Assembly (NCBI RefSeq): GCF_006345805.1
Contig: NC_042998.1
Coordinates: forward strand, 124,434,001-124,498,000
Origin: Octopus sinensis
Taxonomy: Eukaryota
Length of the DNA: 64,000 bases
Direction: 5' to 3'
In this document: one piece after another, positions 1 to 15,139 of the stretch
Position numbering within the stretch: position 1 is the first letter of the stretch
Layout of the letters: each line of letters starts with the position of its first letter
Notes under the pieces: generated by a model
Databases searched by the model: none
Seen by the model: the letters and a program-made list of their open reading frames with translations, nothing else
What the model was told of the DNA's origin: nothing
Translations under genes and position numbers: made by a program

Positions 1-1548
1 TATCCCACAGTCGATTATAGGCTCAATATCCAACGTAGGAGAGGTTCTGAGCGTGGTGAAATATCATCTATCATCTGTGTTATTGTTTATACATGTGTGT
101 GTGTTTGGTGTGTGAGTCTGTGTATGTATGTATGCTTATATTACGTATGTAAGCACGTATATGTATGTGTGTATGTATGTACATATGTATATAGGTATGT
201 ATGTATGCAAAGTTAGAATCGCAGGATTGGTGTGTTGGAATGGGAGAAAGGCACGTAAATAAGCAAGTAAGCAAAGATGTATTGGGTGTATTGTCCGCAG
301 AGAATGAAAATATATATATTTTAAGTAACAGATATATAAATTGACAATACTCTTTTCCTGAATACAATTACTTTAATATACTTTATATATAATATATAGG
401 CATATATAAAATATTATATTACTTATACTACCATATCCAGATTTCTTGCTTGCTTACTTGTATACTTCTCATTGCAACACAATACTTTTATGCTACATTA
501 ATTGACTGCAATTATTTAACTCCATATATTCTGAATGACATTTATGCTTGAGCGAAAAATTCCTTAAATTCTGCCAGGAATTTTACATGCTACAGCTAAT
601 TTGATATACTTTCTTAAGAAAACAAGGACTTTCGATATGAATTTCGTTGAATTTCATTGCAATATAGACATGCATTAGAAAATGAGAAATTTCGATGATG
701 ATATTCTGGAATATATCTCTACAGAAGAATACTTTGGAATATGAGTTAGATATGAATTTTCCAATTATGAATGAACAACTGAACTGCTATGAATTATTTG
801 CAGTAAACAACATGTGTGAGGAATCGTATATGATGTTTTCTATCATTACATTTTATGGCAATAATATCTTACGGAAAGTTATGGTTTGCTAAAATAAAGT
901 TCACAAATGTAGATGTGTTTGTAGCAGTGCTCATCGAAGATAGCTTGATTCAAATAATAATCCTTTTGGCTTCTTTGAACATACAAAAGAAATTCGTGAC
1001 TCAAAATTGAAATGAATAATGCATGGTATTATATATGAAGCTAAAATAATGGATAAATATACTTCAAAAAAGAAAATATATTCCTCAGAATTTAAAAGTA
1101 TACATTTTTTTAACCACTTCCCTTTCAAACAGAAATTTTTGAAACATTATTCCAAAAAAAATGTAGAACTTATGAATCTATGCGAGAAGCTGATTTAATA
1201 AAGATATGATTGTGTGGTTTATATGTTTCTTACAAACACTCGATTTTAACTTCTATAATCTTTAAAGCAAATGATTGATTTTATTTTCATGTGTTTCTTG
1301 ATTTGAATATTAAAAGCTAAAATACTGAAATATTTCCAATAAGATTTGATAATTTCGGACAGCTTTTATGGTCAGTTCTTAACATTTAAATTAGAGATTT
1401 TCTTTAATATACATATTTCATTTCATACAAGTGAATCTATATGAATTCGTATATCATACAGAATCTATATAGAAATACACATACAAGAAAATTAATATAT
1501 GCGCAAACACACACACACACATACACACATACATATATATGCACATAT

Positions 1549-1627
<79 letters not shown>

Positions 1628-2280
1628 GAGTAATGTAGGCAAAATTAATATATTTTATAATAGTCGTTTGCAATGTTTTATTTTCAATAACAGCTTATTT
1701 TGTTCAGATTCTCTTTTATGAAAGCAAATTTTTGCGAGGCTTGTGCTGGCGCTTCACAGCACGGAATGCAGGTAATTTTAAAATAGTGCAAATAACGTTA
1801 TTACTTAATAGTGATTAAATTATATTTTATGCAAGTATCCATCATCTTATCAAAGGACAGAACAGGATGTTAAAAAATAAAGTATACCTTGCAAAGCATC
1901 CTTATGAAATCAACTCTATTAAACAGAGGTTTCGTGATTTGCTTCAGCACCGGCTTGAAGATTTATAGAAAATGGCATTAATGGCCTGTGTAAATTCGCT
2001 TCAACCCAGGACTGAACTGATTCACATACTCTCTTCCCTGAGCACATATATAATCACAAACATTGCTCTGCGGTTGAAACATTTTCGTACCCTTTTCCTG
2101 GTTTGGAATTATACAGTCCCTTCAGGAAATAACTTTTACTATAGCCCGTTACATTCGGGCTAACAATTATACTCAGCTCACCGCCTTAACTAAACTATTC
2201 AATTAGTGAGAGCTAGCTTAGTCAAATAAATGCACAAGGGGTGTTAGAAATTATCCACACTTTCACCAAAACGTTCTGTA

Positions 2281-2512
2281 GGTGGCGAGCTGGCAGAAAC
2301 GTTAGCACGCCGGGCGAAATGCTTAGCGGTATTTCGTCTGCGTTATGTTGTGAGTTCAAATTCCGCCGAGGTCGACTTTGCCTTTCATCCTTTCGGGGTC
2401 GATAAATTAAGTACCAGTTACGCACTAGGGTCGATGTAATCGACTTAATACCTATGTCTATCCTTGTTTGTCCCCTCTGTGTTTAGCTCCTTGTGGGTAA
2501 TAAAGAAATAGG
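2281..2512 (+). mobile_element. tRNA-derived SINE, family A (Meta-domain-like core), near full length
   Basis: Head GGTGGCGAGCTGGCAGAAACGTTAGC with B-box-like GAGTTCAAATTCC, core GCCTTTCATCCTTTCGGGGTCGATAAATTAAGTACCAG, tail ending AATAAAGAAAT. Related copies occur at 7379, 36355, 41835 and 42058. Confidence 0.85.
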
Positions 2513-3655
2513 TTGGCCTCACAGCCTTCAGCGCTCGCGTGCTAAAAAGTGATGCGCTTATGGTTACATAACTGAGGTTTGACCTTGATCAATCCAGATA
2601 TTGTTCGTGTGTAACGGATTAAACATGGCCGTTCCGCTGACAGTATGCACCAAGGAAGTACAAAGGTCAATAATCCCATTTCTCTAGTCTGAAGCTGGTT
2701 CACGTGCTGACATTCATAGCAGGCTTTCAGTACAATATGGAGACAGTGTTCTATTGCGTACAAGTGTGTATGAGTGGGTCGAAAAGATTAAGAATGGTCG
2801 GACGAGCGTGGAGCACAGAATGAGAGCCACATATCCATCAACGTCCATCACTGACGTGAAGATTCAACAAGCTCAAGAGATGGTTCCGGCGAACCGACAA
2901 ATGATCGTCGATAGGTTGTTCTCTATACGAAATCATCCACGGCAAGCTCCGCTTTCATAAAGACTGTGCGAGATGAATGCCAAGAGATCTTACTGAAATA
3001 TATAAGCGCAATCTTGTGGAGATCTGTCAATGTTAACTCGACCGTTTCAACGATGAAGGCGAATCTGTATTGGGACAATATGAGACAGAGATGAGACTTG
3101 GGTTCATCTCTTTGAACCAGAATCCAAAAGACAGCTGATGGAAAGAAAACACCCAAAATCACCAGAGTGAAAGAAATTCAAGACTGAAACTTTCGCACAA
3201 AAAGTGATACTCATCTTTTTTGGCACACAAAAGAGTTCATACTGGAACATTACTTGGAAATGTGGGTCTACAATGAATTGCTGACCACGAAAATGCACGG
3301 TGATCTACTATCCCCGACACAGTTGAAACCATTGAAAAATTGGGCTTCGCGCTGCTGCAACACTCTACATACAGTCTAGAAATCTTCCCTTCTGACTAAC
3401 ACCTCTTTGGATCACGCATTCTCCTTTACGCGATCGTCGATTTGCTACGGATGAAGAAGCACAAGAAGCAGTGCATAAATGACTGCGCGACAAGCCGTAA
3501 ACCTTCTCTGATTGGAATAAGCAAACCTCAGGACTGCTGGAAGGAATGCATCGAAAAGCAAGGAGACTATGTAGAAAGATGATGTAATTGTTCAACCTCT
3601 GCTTGTTTTAATAAATTACAGAAACAAGAGTGCATCAAATTTTTTTACTTACGTA
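2513..3655 (+). mobile_element. Degenerate mariner (DD34D-type) transposon
   Basis: Frameshifted transposase from ATG 2625: MAVPLTVCTKEVQRSII..., VYEWVEKIKNGRTSV, FEPESKRQLMERKHP..KKFKT..KVILIFF, and HPLYSLEIFPSD*HLFG (YSPDLAPSDYHLF-like motif). Many stops. Confidence 0.85.
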
Positions 3656-4551
3656 TTTTTCTCTAACTATAACTATAGTGTAAAAAACGTGAGTAACGTT
3701 GATTACATGTATTCGCTAAAGAAGTATTTAATCTATGGAGCATTTAATCTTCAGCAACTGCCTCCATTTTCTATATGGAAATATATTTAAATACGCCATA
3801 AAATATTTGTCGTAAAAACACTCAAAATATGAATCGCTTGATATTCACACATTGGGGTGAAGTAAATTATGCTTGCACTTATTTTCAGGGACACGAAATA
3901 TTACCGTATTCAATATTTGGGAAAAAATTAATTAGAAGTATTACCTGCATTGTACGTGTGCACGCATACACATACACACACAAACATATACATATATACA
4001 CATAAGCACATACACACATATATACATGCCTATATATACATATAGATATAAATATGTATCTATATATGCATACACGCATATGCATATATATATGAATATA
4101 AAGAAACACACACACACGCACACACACACACATATATATATTATATTTATATACGTATGTATATGTATATGTACGTATGTATTTAAATATTTGTATATTC
4201 ACATATATGCATATTATACGTATGTATATGCACATACACACATATACAGATGCACATCCATCTCTATCTATAAGTACCCAGCTTTAAAAAAATAAGTACT
4301 GCGATCGATTTGTTTGACAAAACCCTTCAAGGCAGTGTCCCACTAAAGCCGCTGTCGCAGTCCAGCAAATGAAAGAAGGAAGAGATAAAAGATGTGTTTG
4401 CCGTCATAAATATTTCAGTTTCTATCCAAGATTATTCTCTTCAACGTCCAAATGACATAGAATGTATCATCTGGAATTGAGTTTTATACGCTCCTCTATA
4501 CCAGATGGCATAGACTGTCTCCCGATATGCTTTTGATAGCATATTAATAGT

Positions 4552-4918
4552 AACAAGAGCACTCAAACAGCGCAAACCCCGCCAAGGCAACACCAAAGTC
4601 CTCTCAACGATTAGCTGGAGATGGGGGTTTTTTAAATGAAAATATCTAAAATAAACTCGACTACTCTCACACACGAGAATACTAAAAATGAACCCGACCA
4701 CTCTCGAAAATTAAGTAAAAAAAATGGGAGAAATAATCCAGAATATTTGTCCAGAAACGGATCGATCCAAAATCTCATCAGTTCGCGCCAATAACGAGGC
4801 CAAATATCCCTGAAAGGTTCATCTGAATCCATCCAGCGGTTCTTGAGATAACTTGTCCACGGATAAACAAACAAAACGACTGAAAACAATACCTCCGCCT
4901 TGGCTTAGGCGGAGGTAA
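4552..4918 (+). mobile_element. Helentron-type non-autonomous element (HINE/DINE-like MITE), complete copy
   Basis: Starts AACAAGAGCACTC. 5' subterminal GCCAAGG (4581-4587) is complementary to CCTTGGC near the 3' end. 3' terminal 11-bp hairpin TACCTCCGCCT-tggctt-AGGCGGAGGTA (4890-4917). Related copies at 47183, 48012 and 53190. Superfamily is inferred from the subTIR-plus-hairpin layout. Confidence 0.65.
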
Positions 4919-5458
4919 TAAACATATATTATTCATATTTGGAAATGTTCATACTTATTTCACGACTAAAATGCTTTTAAATTCCTCTCAGTATAATGAA
5001 TAAACATTTTACTATTTTATTTAATGATTATATATAGGTATATAGTTTAATTACTTTCAGTATCTCTTCAGGATACAATTATATTTGGATAATGGTTAAA
5101 CGGGATTTTTGTTTAACTGAAATGAACATAATTCATAAAATACACTCTGTATAGAATATGCAAACTTCGCCAAGTCACAGGATAGCTTAAGAGGCCTGAA
5201 GTATCTAAAATAAGTTATTATAACCAAGTTTTGTCTTATTGTAGTTTCGAGAATGGTTTTGCATAAAACACGTTTTCCTAAGATATCATTTTAACTTACT
5301 AATTTGCATATCATGTTCCAATATTTGAAAAATAATTCGGTTTTGGTAATAGCTTTAAAATACACGCATGCACATGTTCATGGTACTGTTTTTTACTCTC
5401 TGTCTGTCTGTCTCTGTCTCTCTCACTCTCTCTCTGTATATATATATACATATATATC

Positions 5459-5682
5459 ACGTGACCATATGATCACGTGACCGACCAGTCCATCAGATGT
5501 AGTCACACATCGCTGGTCACAATTCGTTCGCATTGTTTTAGCCTTCGAATGACGCCACCCCGCTGGCAAAGCGAGCAGGCCAGCAGAAGAAGCAGTGGGA
5601 GAAAGAGTGGTGAAAGAGTATAGCAGGGATCACCAACCCCTGCCGGAGCCACGTGGAGCTTTTAGGTGTTTTCGCTCAACTC
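5459..5682 (-). mobile_element. SINE-like repeat body with the head missing
   Basis: ATCACGTGACCGACCAG...CCCCCTGCCGGAGCCACGTGGAGCTTTAGGTGTTTTCGCTCAA resembles the reverse of a SINE body I recall from octopus DNA; no second copy in the window. Confidence 0.4.
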
Positions 5683-5809
5683 TATTAATTAAATAATTAA
5701 ATTTAGAAAAATTAAAAGAAAAGTTTTTTTAAAAAAGAATATTTGTATAGTGTTCAAATACAAGTGGCATTTTCTTTGTTTCTGTCTTTCTCTGTCTCTC
5801 TTGTGTGTG

Positions 5810-5816
<7 letters not shown>

Positions 5817-5891
<75 letters not shown>

Positions 5892-5896
5892 TATAT
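5817..5896. repeat. (TA)n microsatellite
   Basis: Near-perfect TA dinucleotide run of about 80 bp. Confidence 0.95.
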
Positions 5897-6329
5897 GCAT
5901 TAGCCTAAATCTAGACTAATATTTCGAAAGTTTTCTTCCCGTTATCAAATTTAGTTTCAGGTGTATAAGAAAATTAGTTCCACCGAAAGACAAACTATAT
6001 TTTAAACATACGAATAACTTTTCAAGTCTTGAATGTGCTTTCAAATATTGTGAGAGACAAGTAGTAAATGACTGGGCACATGTGCCAACAATTACGTCTC
6101 TATATTGCTGGGCATGGTCATACCTGACATCTTAGTTAAAAAAAACATGCTTAACAGCATACATGCATGCTGAGAAACATACACACACATACACACATAC
6201 ACATACACACGCATATATGTTCATGTATGTATATATACGTATATATCTAAGTATATATATATATATATATATATACGCGCAAACGAATCCAAGTTATTCA
6301 TATATCTAGAACATTTTTAAGCAAGCCTG

Positions 6330-7250
6330 TAAGTGTTTATTTTTTTAATGGAACAGTATTTTTGTGGCATTTGGTTTATTGAATTTTTAAACCTTTGCTT
6401 TGACAATGTATAGGTGAAAGGTACAAAGTTCAGAGTTTATGATCGTGGTAATTGTGTGTGTCAACTTTTTGCTTGAGAGAATGTAGGTCAGATGGTAATG
6501 TTGGTCGGTTCTTGTAATTATTTAAAGCTTTTCTTGTTTTCAATTGTAAGTTTGGAGTTATTTGACAAGCACATCATGGCTTTGTTAGTATAGAAACTTG
6601 TTTTCCTTGTGCTTTTATGTTCATAAACGTATTTGGATAAGGTTATAGATATGTGTGTTTGTACCTAGTTGTTCATTGTTCTATATACGATTTGATTAGT
6701 ATATAGAGATTTTAATCTCCGTGTTTAATGCAGTTAGTTTTTTTTTTGTTCTACATATGTGGTAGAATTATAGTAGGTATGTATATATTCATATATGAAA
6801 ATGGGAATAAACATTAAAAAAAATTAATGAAAAAAAAAGGACGAAGAAGCTAGGTGAGGGGTCTATCAGTTTTCTTGCATAGAATATACATTTTTTTATG
6901 CTTGTGTAAGTTCGTGTCGTTATATTAGAATATCTTTTGTGGGGATGCTGGTTGGAGAGAGGGAAAGATTTTTCTAATTTCTAGAGTACCTGTTTTGTGC
7001 AAAGCTGTAAAAGTGTTTAGTGCTAAGAGAGTTTGTCTGTGTTTTTTTTTATTTCATGGGGATAGATAATCGTGTATGTGGATAAAGGGAAGTGGTGACA
7101 AGTTTAGCCGCTAGAAAAGAATATGACTTGAAGTGCTTTAGTGATTTTAAGATATGTGCTTATATGAAAGGACTAGTTCGCTGTCTCGGTTCAGAATTTG
7201 GTCCATGAACTTTAGAATGTGATACGATTTATTAGAACAAAACCTCACAA
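6330..7250 (-). mobile_element. Highly decayed Penelope-like element (RT thumb / GIY-YIG region)
   Basis: Minus-strand ITLSKYVYEHK.. resembles the T.LSKY.W.LK segment of Penelope GIY-YIG endonucleases. Many stops and frameshifts. Confidence 0.4.
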
Positions 7251-7378
7251 GGCTTTAACAAGCTACAACTTCGAGATCACTGTCAACATTGTTTAAGAAT
7301 CATAAATTTGTATTCCACCGAAGTGTAGAATAACCCATCAGCCTACTGTAAAATTGTTTTTATTATACTTTAAAATAA

Positions 7379-7590
7379 GGCGGTCAGCTAGCAGAATCGT
7401 TAGCACACTGGAGAAAATGCTTAGTGACATTTCATCCGCCTTAAACTTCAAAGTTCAAATTCTGCTGAAGCCAACTTAGCCTTTCCTCTTTTCGGCACCG
7501 ATAAGTACCAATTGAATACTGGGGTTGATGTGATCGACTTGTCTCCTTCTCCGAAATTCTTGGCATTGTGCCAAAATTTGAAACCATTAT
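7379..7590 (+). mobile_element. SINE family A, diverged copy
   Basis: GGCGGTCAGCTAGCAGAATCGTTAGC head, AAGTTCAAATTC, GCCTTTCCTCTTTTCGG core, tail TGTGCCAAAATTTGAAACC. Confidence 0.75.
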
Positions 7591-7619
7591 AACTGAACAT
7601 AAACTTAACATTTTATTTA

Positions 7620-7656
<37 letters not shown>

Positions 7657-10600
7657 ACTTACGTGTGTGCGTGCACTTATTTATTATGCAAATCAGGTAC
7701 TTTTGTACAATTTTCATAAATTTGGACGGATCCACAAATGATATCAGTGTAAGGCATGCATGCCATCGCTAAACAAGTATCGAATTGCATGTTTCTTCTA
7801 TGAATATTCTTTTATTTTATGGTGCACAGTTCACTTTAATATCCGAAAGTGCCATGAAGTTTCAGTAAATATAATCATTGAAATTCAAGCTTCTATTTAC
7901 ACATAAATGCTTGTTTAATTAGTGTTCAAATTAATATAACCAATGTAGACACAACTTTGGTGATATTTACTCTCAGAGGTACAGTCGAATCATTATATAA
8001 ACATATATACATGATTATATTAAACCAATATTTATTAGGAACATAAAATAATCATGGCTGTGTGCGTGATATTCAAACCAGTTTTATTTAGTTCAGAAAA
8101 AATTAGGAAATCATATTGTCATAAATTGGTAAATGCACATCATGAGACCACTTTTTAGATGCTAGTAAATGAATATGAACAAGTATATTCTATTAATATA
8201 AATCAATATTCAATGCTGGAAATAAATATATACAAGCTTTTAGTAAAGATCAATAAGCAAATATAGATCGACTGTCAACTGGAAATGTGTCATGAGTCTA
8301 ATTAGTTTCAATATATATTTTAAATGTTCCGATATACCTAAGAAGTTTCTCGTAATACCGAAATATTAATAATGAGGATACTCAGAGATAATTACTTGAA
8401 TACATATACGTAGTGTATGTGTACATGTGCGCGTCAGTATTTATGTATGTGTGTGTACGTCTGATATAAGAGGTGTTGGGAGGGAATATCAGAAGAACTT
8501 TATATCAGAATATATCTTAATTCGTGTCATACGTGATTTCTTAATATGGTCAAAGGTACAAGGTTTAGTGAAATAATTTGATTATCTTAGCTTCATGTCT
8601 CTTCTAGGACAATTAATGGTATAGGCCAAGTGATATGACCTAAAATGGAAAGGGAAATTGGTAAATGAAAGCTAACATGATTATTTTTCAAAGTCTAATT
8701 TTTATAAGATGCAAAATACTGTTCTTTAATAGATGAGAAAATGTTACTGACATTCATATTTTACTGATTATATTAGCATAATAAATTAGCGGAATGCTAA
8801 AATCATATTTCCTTGACTTGAAAGCTCAGGCTACTTTGATTGGTGATATTTCTTTACCCTAAGAACAACAATGTAAATTATAGAAAAAGTGTGACGTTTC
8901 GACGCCTTCGTGTGTAATACACTAAATTAAATTTTTGCATACTGAAATTAGAATTTTTGATTGGCATCAACTTTCGTTTAGATATGGATCATAAAATACT
9001 TTTATTCCACCAATATGTCTCCGCCGTTCCATTCTGGCCCTGTAGTTTATCTGTTAATATAATCGTGTTATAGTTAGACACGATGACTGCCGTGCCTGTA
9101 TATAGCACAATGATATTAGTTTAGACTAGATTAGGATCCTAGATCAGAAACGGGTGTCATGTGAGCCAAATCAACATACTTTGTAGATTACGGTTTTAAA
9201 TCATTTTCCCTTTTCTGCGTTTACTTCTAGTTAAATGTGAAAGTTTGGTAACATATATTTCCCTTCCCCTTCTCTGTATATAAGACTTTATAACTATGAA
9301 AGAAATCAATATTTTGCTGAAAGCGTATTTACCACACCAATTAGGCAGTTGCTGTATTTTAACCAGCCAGATATGATATTTTCTCGCGATTTTTATAAGC
9401 TACATTGAAAACGTCAAATACGAAGTAGCAAAGAAAACTGAGCAGGATAATAAAATATAAATTTCTGTGAAATGTTCCGAAATCATTATGAAAATTTAAT
9501 GCATTTTATATAGGATTTTTTACATTCTTTTCTGAAGAAATATCGTTTCGGATCATCTTAAATATTTGTTTTCTTTTAATTATATATATATAGATATGCA
9601 TGTGTGTGTATATATGTGTATGTGAGTGTGTACATATGTGTGTGTATATATGTATACATATATATATGTGTGTGTGTGTGTGTGTATGTATGTACATATA
9701 TATATATGAGAAAGTAATAGATAGTTGTGTGCGTAAGTATATGTATTTATTTAGATGCATGAGTGTGTGCATGCTTGCATTTATATACACTTACATAAAT
9801 ATATATATGTGCATATATGCATCATATGCATATTTGCAGATTATACATATATAGATATGCACACACGCGCACGCACACACACACACAAACACACACACAC
9901 ATACACACACAAACACACACACACATAAGAGTATGTGAACGTTTAGAAAGCTAAATTTAATGGAATCTTTCATAAGAAAATATTCTGCGTCTACTTTGAT
10001 ATTTGCGTTTCCCTGTGGAAAATCTCATAAGATTTTCAATTGGATCCATAATTCAGGTTTTACAAGTGTCTAACCAAATTTAAATCTTTACATCTAATTA
10101 TTTTCTAAAACAAATTTAGAAAATATTAAATCTCAGATATCTAATGATTACACTAACAAAATTTTTATGTGCACTAAAAATAACATTCTAGTTTATCTTC
10201 TCTCATTTCAGATGACAAAAATACATAAATTGGATATTTATAATGAAATATGTTTGAATGTATTCCTTAATATCGAACACCTAGTAGTATAGTAATATAT
10301 CCACCTGGTGTTTACTCGTGCGAAATGAATTTCAAGACCGGATAGATTGTTTTGGTATACATCCAATATGCATAGCCTATAATTGGAACCTTGGCTACAA
10401 TCCAATTATCATTATGTTGGGATTTTTTTATGATCTTTGTCCTTAAAGACCTATTACTAAAATCAATTATGAAACGAGTAACTCTTAACATTGTATAAAC
10501 CTAAACAATGGCTTATTGTAAGCCCTGCAAGCTAATATAATAATTATAACTTCTTTCAAAGTTTAATTTAAATCAAACGAAGTACTTTACAGCGAAATGA

Positions 10601-12563
10601 ACTGAACAAGTTGGAGGAAACTATCTAACAAGGGAGGTTATTGCAGAGCAAGAAACTGCATTGCCAAGAGATTTCATTTGTCCAAGATATCAAAACTTTA
10701 TTTCATATACAGTACAAAAAGCGAGCTCTACTTGTACAAGGTATTCATTACAGATATGTTCCATATATATTTGTTAAAAAGAAATGAAATGTAAAATTCT
10801 GACTGATGTCAATACACTTCTTAAGGTTAAAACAATGAAACTACATGAAGTGTTTTCGGACATAATTCAACTATTTTGTTATTCTATCATTAAAGACACG
10901 GTTTATTATAAATAATAGATCAAACCAATGATTGTAAAACACAATTAACTGAAAACAAATGTCAATTCTTGTGAATACATTGAAACAAAACTGTATAAGT
11001 ATAGTCTGAGAAATCAATGGATAGATATAAACACCATTTTCACACCCTATAAGAAGTGCATCGCGTCAAGAGTTACGACAAATATTTTGCGGGAGAAACG
11101 GTAATAAATTTTTCGCGTTGAAATGAATCTTTTCAGAAATAAAGACAAAGACCAATGTGTTAATATCATAAACTCTTTCTAATATTTAAACTTTAGCAGG
11201 AAGTGATATTTCAAAGGCATTTACACATTACTTCTCAGAATCAAAATGAAAATTAACTACGCTTTGAAATTAGCTCCTTGATTCCTTAGGTATGCTCATT
11301 GATATTTCTTACAAAGTTTCTAGTGATGGGCTCGATAGTTGCTGGTGTGATGTCTTTTCTTGAAGTTAATTTGACAGTTCGATCATTTGGTGAACGGAAT
11401 TAAAATTATAGAAGAGTAGAGAAATTGTCACAATTTTAAGTAGGGAAAATTTCATATTCCATTCACATACAACAAATATTACAAAAAGTAATTATATAGT
11501 CTACGTCGCTTATATACAAAGGCAACCCTATATAGTGATTACATGAATGGTATATTTCTATTTACAGCAACAGAGATTTGAGCAGCATTGTAATGTTTGT
11601 CACACTTGAGAATTAGTGCAGGTTAGAAAATTTTAGGAATTCATTCCATTACCTGACAGAGTGTGCATGGAGGGATCTTCAAATATTGCCAGTTGTAGCA
11701 TTTTTGACGACCTTGAGGTCCTTATCTGTGTATATAAAAAGTAGAAATCTTTATCTTTGAGAACAATATTTGTTATGTCTTCGTTGAATAGCAGCCTGGT
11801 TATCATGTGCCCAATAAACTTTGTTTTCGAGAATATTCTTCATCGAAAAAGTGCATGATTTTGGATGACATGTATATGAAGAAAGTTAAGGAATGAATGC
11901 TGGCATCAACAACATACTTGTGCATGTCATTCAAAGTACATGAAGAATGGTAAGACTACTTGATCAAGGTATTCAATGACTTTTTTAGAAGAATGTAATT
12001 TAGGCGCTAGTTTGACAAAGGCATTAAAAGCCTCTCAAGAAATATATCTAAAAGCGAACACATTTGGATTACAAATTCTCCGTTCAGCACAACTTTCTTT
12101 TTCAAAATATTGAAAATAATGCACAATCTCTCCCTTAAAAAGACTTTTTATAACGATGTTATTTTTGATTTAACAGATGTACCTACTTTCGCTTTCGAAG
12201 TTGTCAGTTGTTGTTAATAGTGATAAAAGATAAATAGTAATGCTCAACAAAATATAAAATTAAAATGAAACATTTTTAAAATATCAAGTATCCGGATGTT
12301 ACTTGATAAGAAAGAATCAACGATAAAATAACCAGCCTCTACCTGGTTATTCGACATCGCTGGTGATAATAGCCAGCTCTGTTTCAAATGTTCTCTTACA
12401 ATCTCAAATAAATACGATATTGGTGGCATTTTCGACGCAGCGACTGTATTTGTAGTACCCTATTGACAGAGTTCTACATACGCTCCGAATCGCAAATAGA
12501 ACAGATTGATTTCTACATCGCAGGAATGAACAATGTGCTTAGTCACAGTGTCTTTATCATATA

Positions 12564-13400
12564 CAGGGTGTGTGTAAATTAATTGAGGACATATTTAGGT
12601 TTATAAAAGAAAAAAACAGATATATAACAGATTATAACTCTATTTATAAAAAAATGCTATGAGGATAAAAATAAACCTTCTTTTCTATAATGTTATTCAA
12701 TAAAGCCACTTTTAACTTCAACAACTCCTATATGAGATTTAAATAATTTTGGACATTGCTCTGACTAGGACAAATTTCAAAGAATCTTTGGTCTTATGGG
12801 CGTGTTCATTGACCTCTCTCTCAACAACGCTCCATATGTAATAGTCCAATGGGTTGAGATCTGGGGAATTAGGAGGCCAAATGTTATGGGTTATGTGATC
12901 ATGAAACATTTTCAGCCATCCATTCTTGTGTTACTAGAGCCATGTGTGATAGAGCAAAATCTTACTTATGCACATATCGCCTTCATACATTCACTGATTA
13001 TCCACGGCTTAACAATTCATTCCAGAACCTCAATGTAGAGTTAACTCTAAGGCATCACATGTCCTTCATTGATGATAAGCCCTAATACCATGAAAGTTGA
13101 TGATAAGCCCTAATACCATGAAAGTTGCAGGAAAGTTTGTATGCATAACACTTGAAACTTCAGAAGGGTCTGCACATAAGCATCTATCATTTCTTCTGTT
13201 AACTTTTTGACCTTGGTCGAAGTTTTCTCGTTTGAGAAAAAAACAAATCAAATCAAACAGTGCTGAGATGAGCTGATGAGAGGAAGCTGCATTTCGAAGT
13301 AATAAAGTGTGTAAATCAGTCATAAAATCCAAATCGTCCTCATCATGACGGTGCTGTAGTCGATGAACTTCAGCAATGTGGAAATACGTAGCTTTCGAAG
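12564..13400 (-). mobile_element. Tc1/mariner (maT/DD37D-like) transposon remnant, 3' part
   Basis: Minus-strand NRRNDRCLCADPSEVSSVMHTNFPATFMVLG and WPPNSPDLNPLDYYIWSVVERE. TA|CAGGGTG terminus at 12562-12570. Confidence 0.85.
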
Positions 13401-15139
13401 TTTAAGTGCACCACAAATTCCAAATTCATAGGTATCGTTCGGGTATCTAACGACAAATTCATCATCATACCTCTAAGGTTTCATTTTGATACTGCTTTAT
13501 TTAACTCTATTTCTCATATTTCACTTCCTATAATAAGAACTCCCCTGATTTGTATTGTTAAGCTATATTTTAAGTACTCCTTGTTTTCCTTTTTATACAA
13601 GAGTCTCTTCGTTGGCATAAACTAATTGCTTTTGCATTCCTCGGGATTCAAAACCCGACAAATCTCCGTTTTCATTTTATATACGACGCTATTTGTATTC
13701 GAAAAAGAGACTTGCCGTCCAAAATACACTTCAAAGGGAAAAGAAGCACCTCTGAAATTCAGGTCAGTCCTAGTATACTGCCTACATTAATGCTTACACG
13801 CGCACTCACGTGCATACACATGCATTAATGCTAACACGCGCATACACAAGCACATACTTGCATACAAACAACGTTATTTTAGTAATATTGAAGAAAACTT
13901 TCTGTTAGTCTGCTGAAGAAAACATGCTCATAGATCTATGCATTACATGTATACACTACAACATTCGTTGTAAATTTATGCTATAGCTTTATATTTAGTG
14001 TTAGAACAGCCACACACTTTTCAGAAAATTGATGTCTTTACCACAGCCACAAATAAATAGTGTAGCAGAAAACAAATTTCAATACAAATTAGCTTTCCCA
14101 TACGAGTTTTAAGATTGCAACATGTAGGATCATTAATTGGGTTAAGTCAATTGACATGTTTCCAGTCTGAAATGGCAATTAGTCCTTTTTCAGGTGTCAC
14201 CGAGTAATATTATTAAGCTACTGTCAAAAAATGGGAAATTTTTCCTTTTGCAGGGAATAAAGACTTTGCATTAATTTAGGAAGTAAGAAAATATTCAAGC
14301 TATATCATTGTTTTAGAAAGGACAATATGCCGTCCGAAAGGAGTGTCGAATGCATGCTACGGATTGAATTCACTTCAAACTTATAGTCTGTCCAACATTT
14401 GAATACTTAGATATTAAGGCTTAAAACTAGAGAATACTTAATACTAACTAAATCTCTACACATGTTCCTGTGCGGGATGCCCGTTGTTCTTGCAGTTTAT
14501 CGAGATCCATTTTTACTGTACTGCCTACAATCGTTGATATATTTGTCTAACTGGTCTTTTTATTTTTACTTTTCAGGATAGTCTCGTTGTTATTTTTTAG
14601 TCCCAGGTCAGCTCAATCAAGCTGCTATATGAACAAATGTCTTCTGTCCCTGACAATTATTTTATTTTCTTATATCAAGAATATTTCCCCATCCGACCCT
14701 CCATTTTTACAAAATAGCTAAGTAAGGAAATCCGTCTTTCCGACTCTTATCGAGATGTAAAAAAAGCTACAAGTCGTCATCCTCGGTGCTGATCTCATTT
14801 GCGGCAACTACATTATCTCATGAACCAATGAAATCTCCACAGAACTATAAATCCAAAAATGAGAAACGAGAACATAAAAAAACAAAATCATAGAAAACGA
14901 ATTTTTTTTGGAACAACGAAAGAAACAAACTGTGGCACTGTTACACCACGATATTCGTCCCTACCGAATACGGATTATAATTAGTAGACGTCGAGAAGGA
15001 GCGGGGTGCAATCATGGCTCGGAAATCCTGGTCTTGTTGAATTTCCAAGATTGCGAAACGCGCGTCTTTTCTTCTACACTGACTACATGTCAACTTCATA
15101 TAAGCTGCCTATTCTCGGTGTTGCCATATTAGGAGAAAC

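Noticed and set aside
10500-12550. Possible MULE/SWIM-type transposase relic on the minus strand (..LILKCDKHYNAAQI..)
   Set aside because: Only a faint C..KH similarity across frameshifts; cannot be supported without a profile search.
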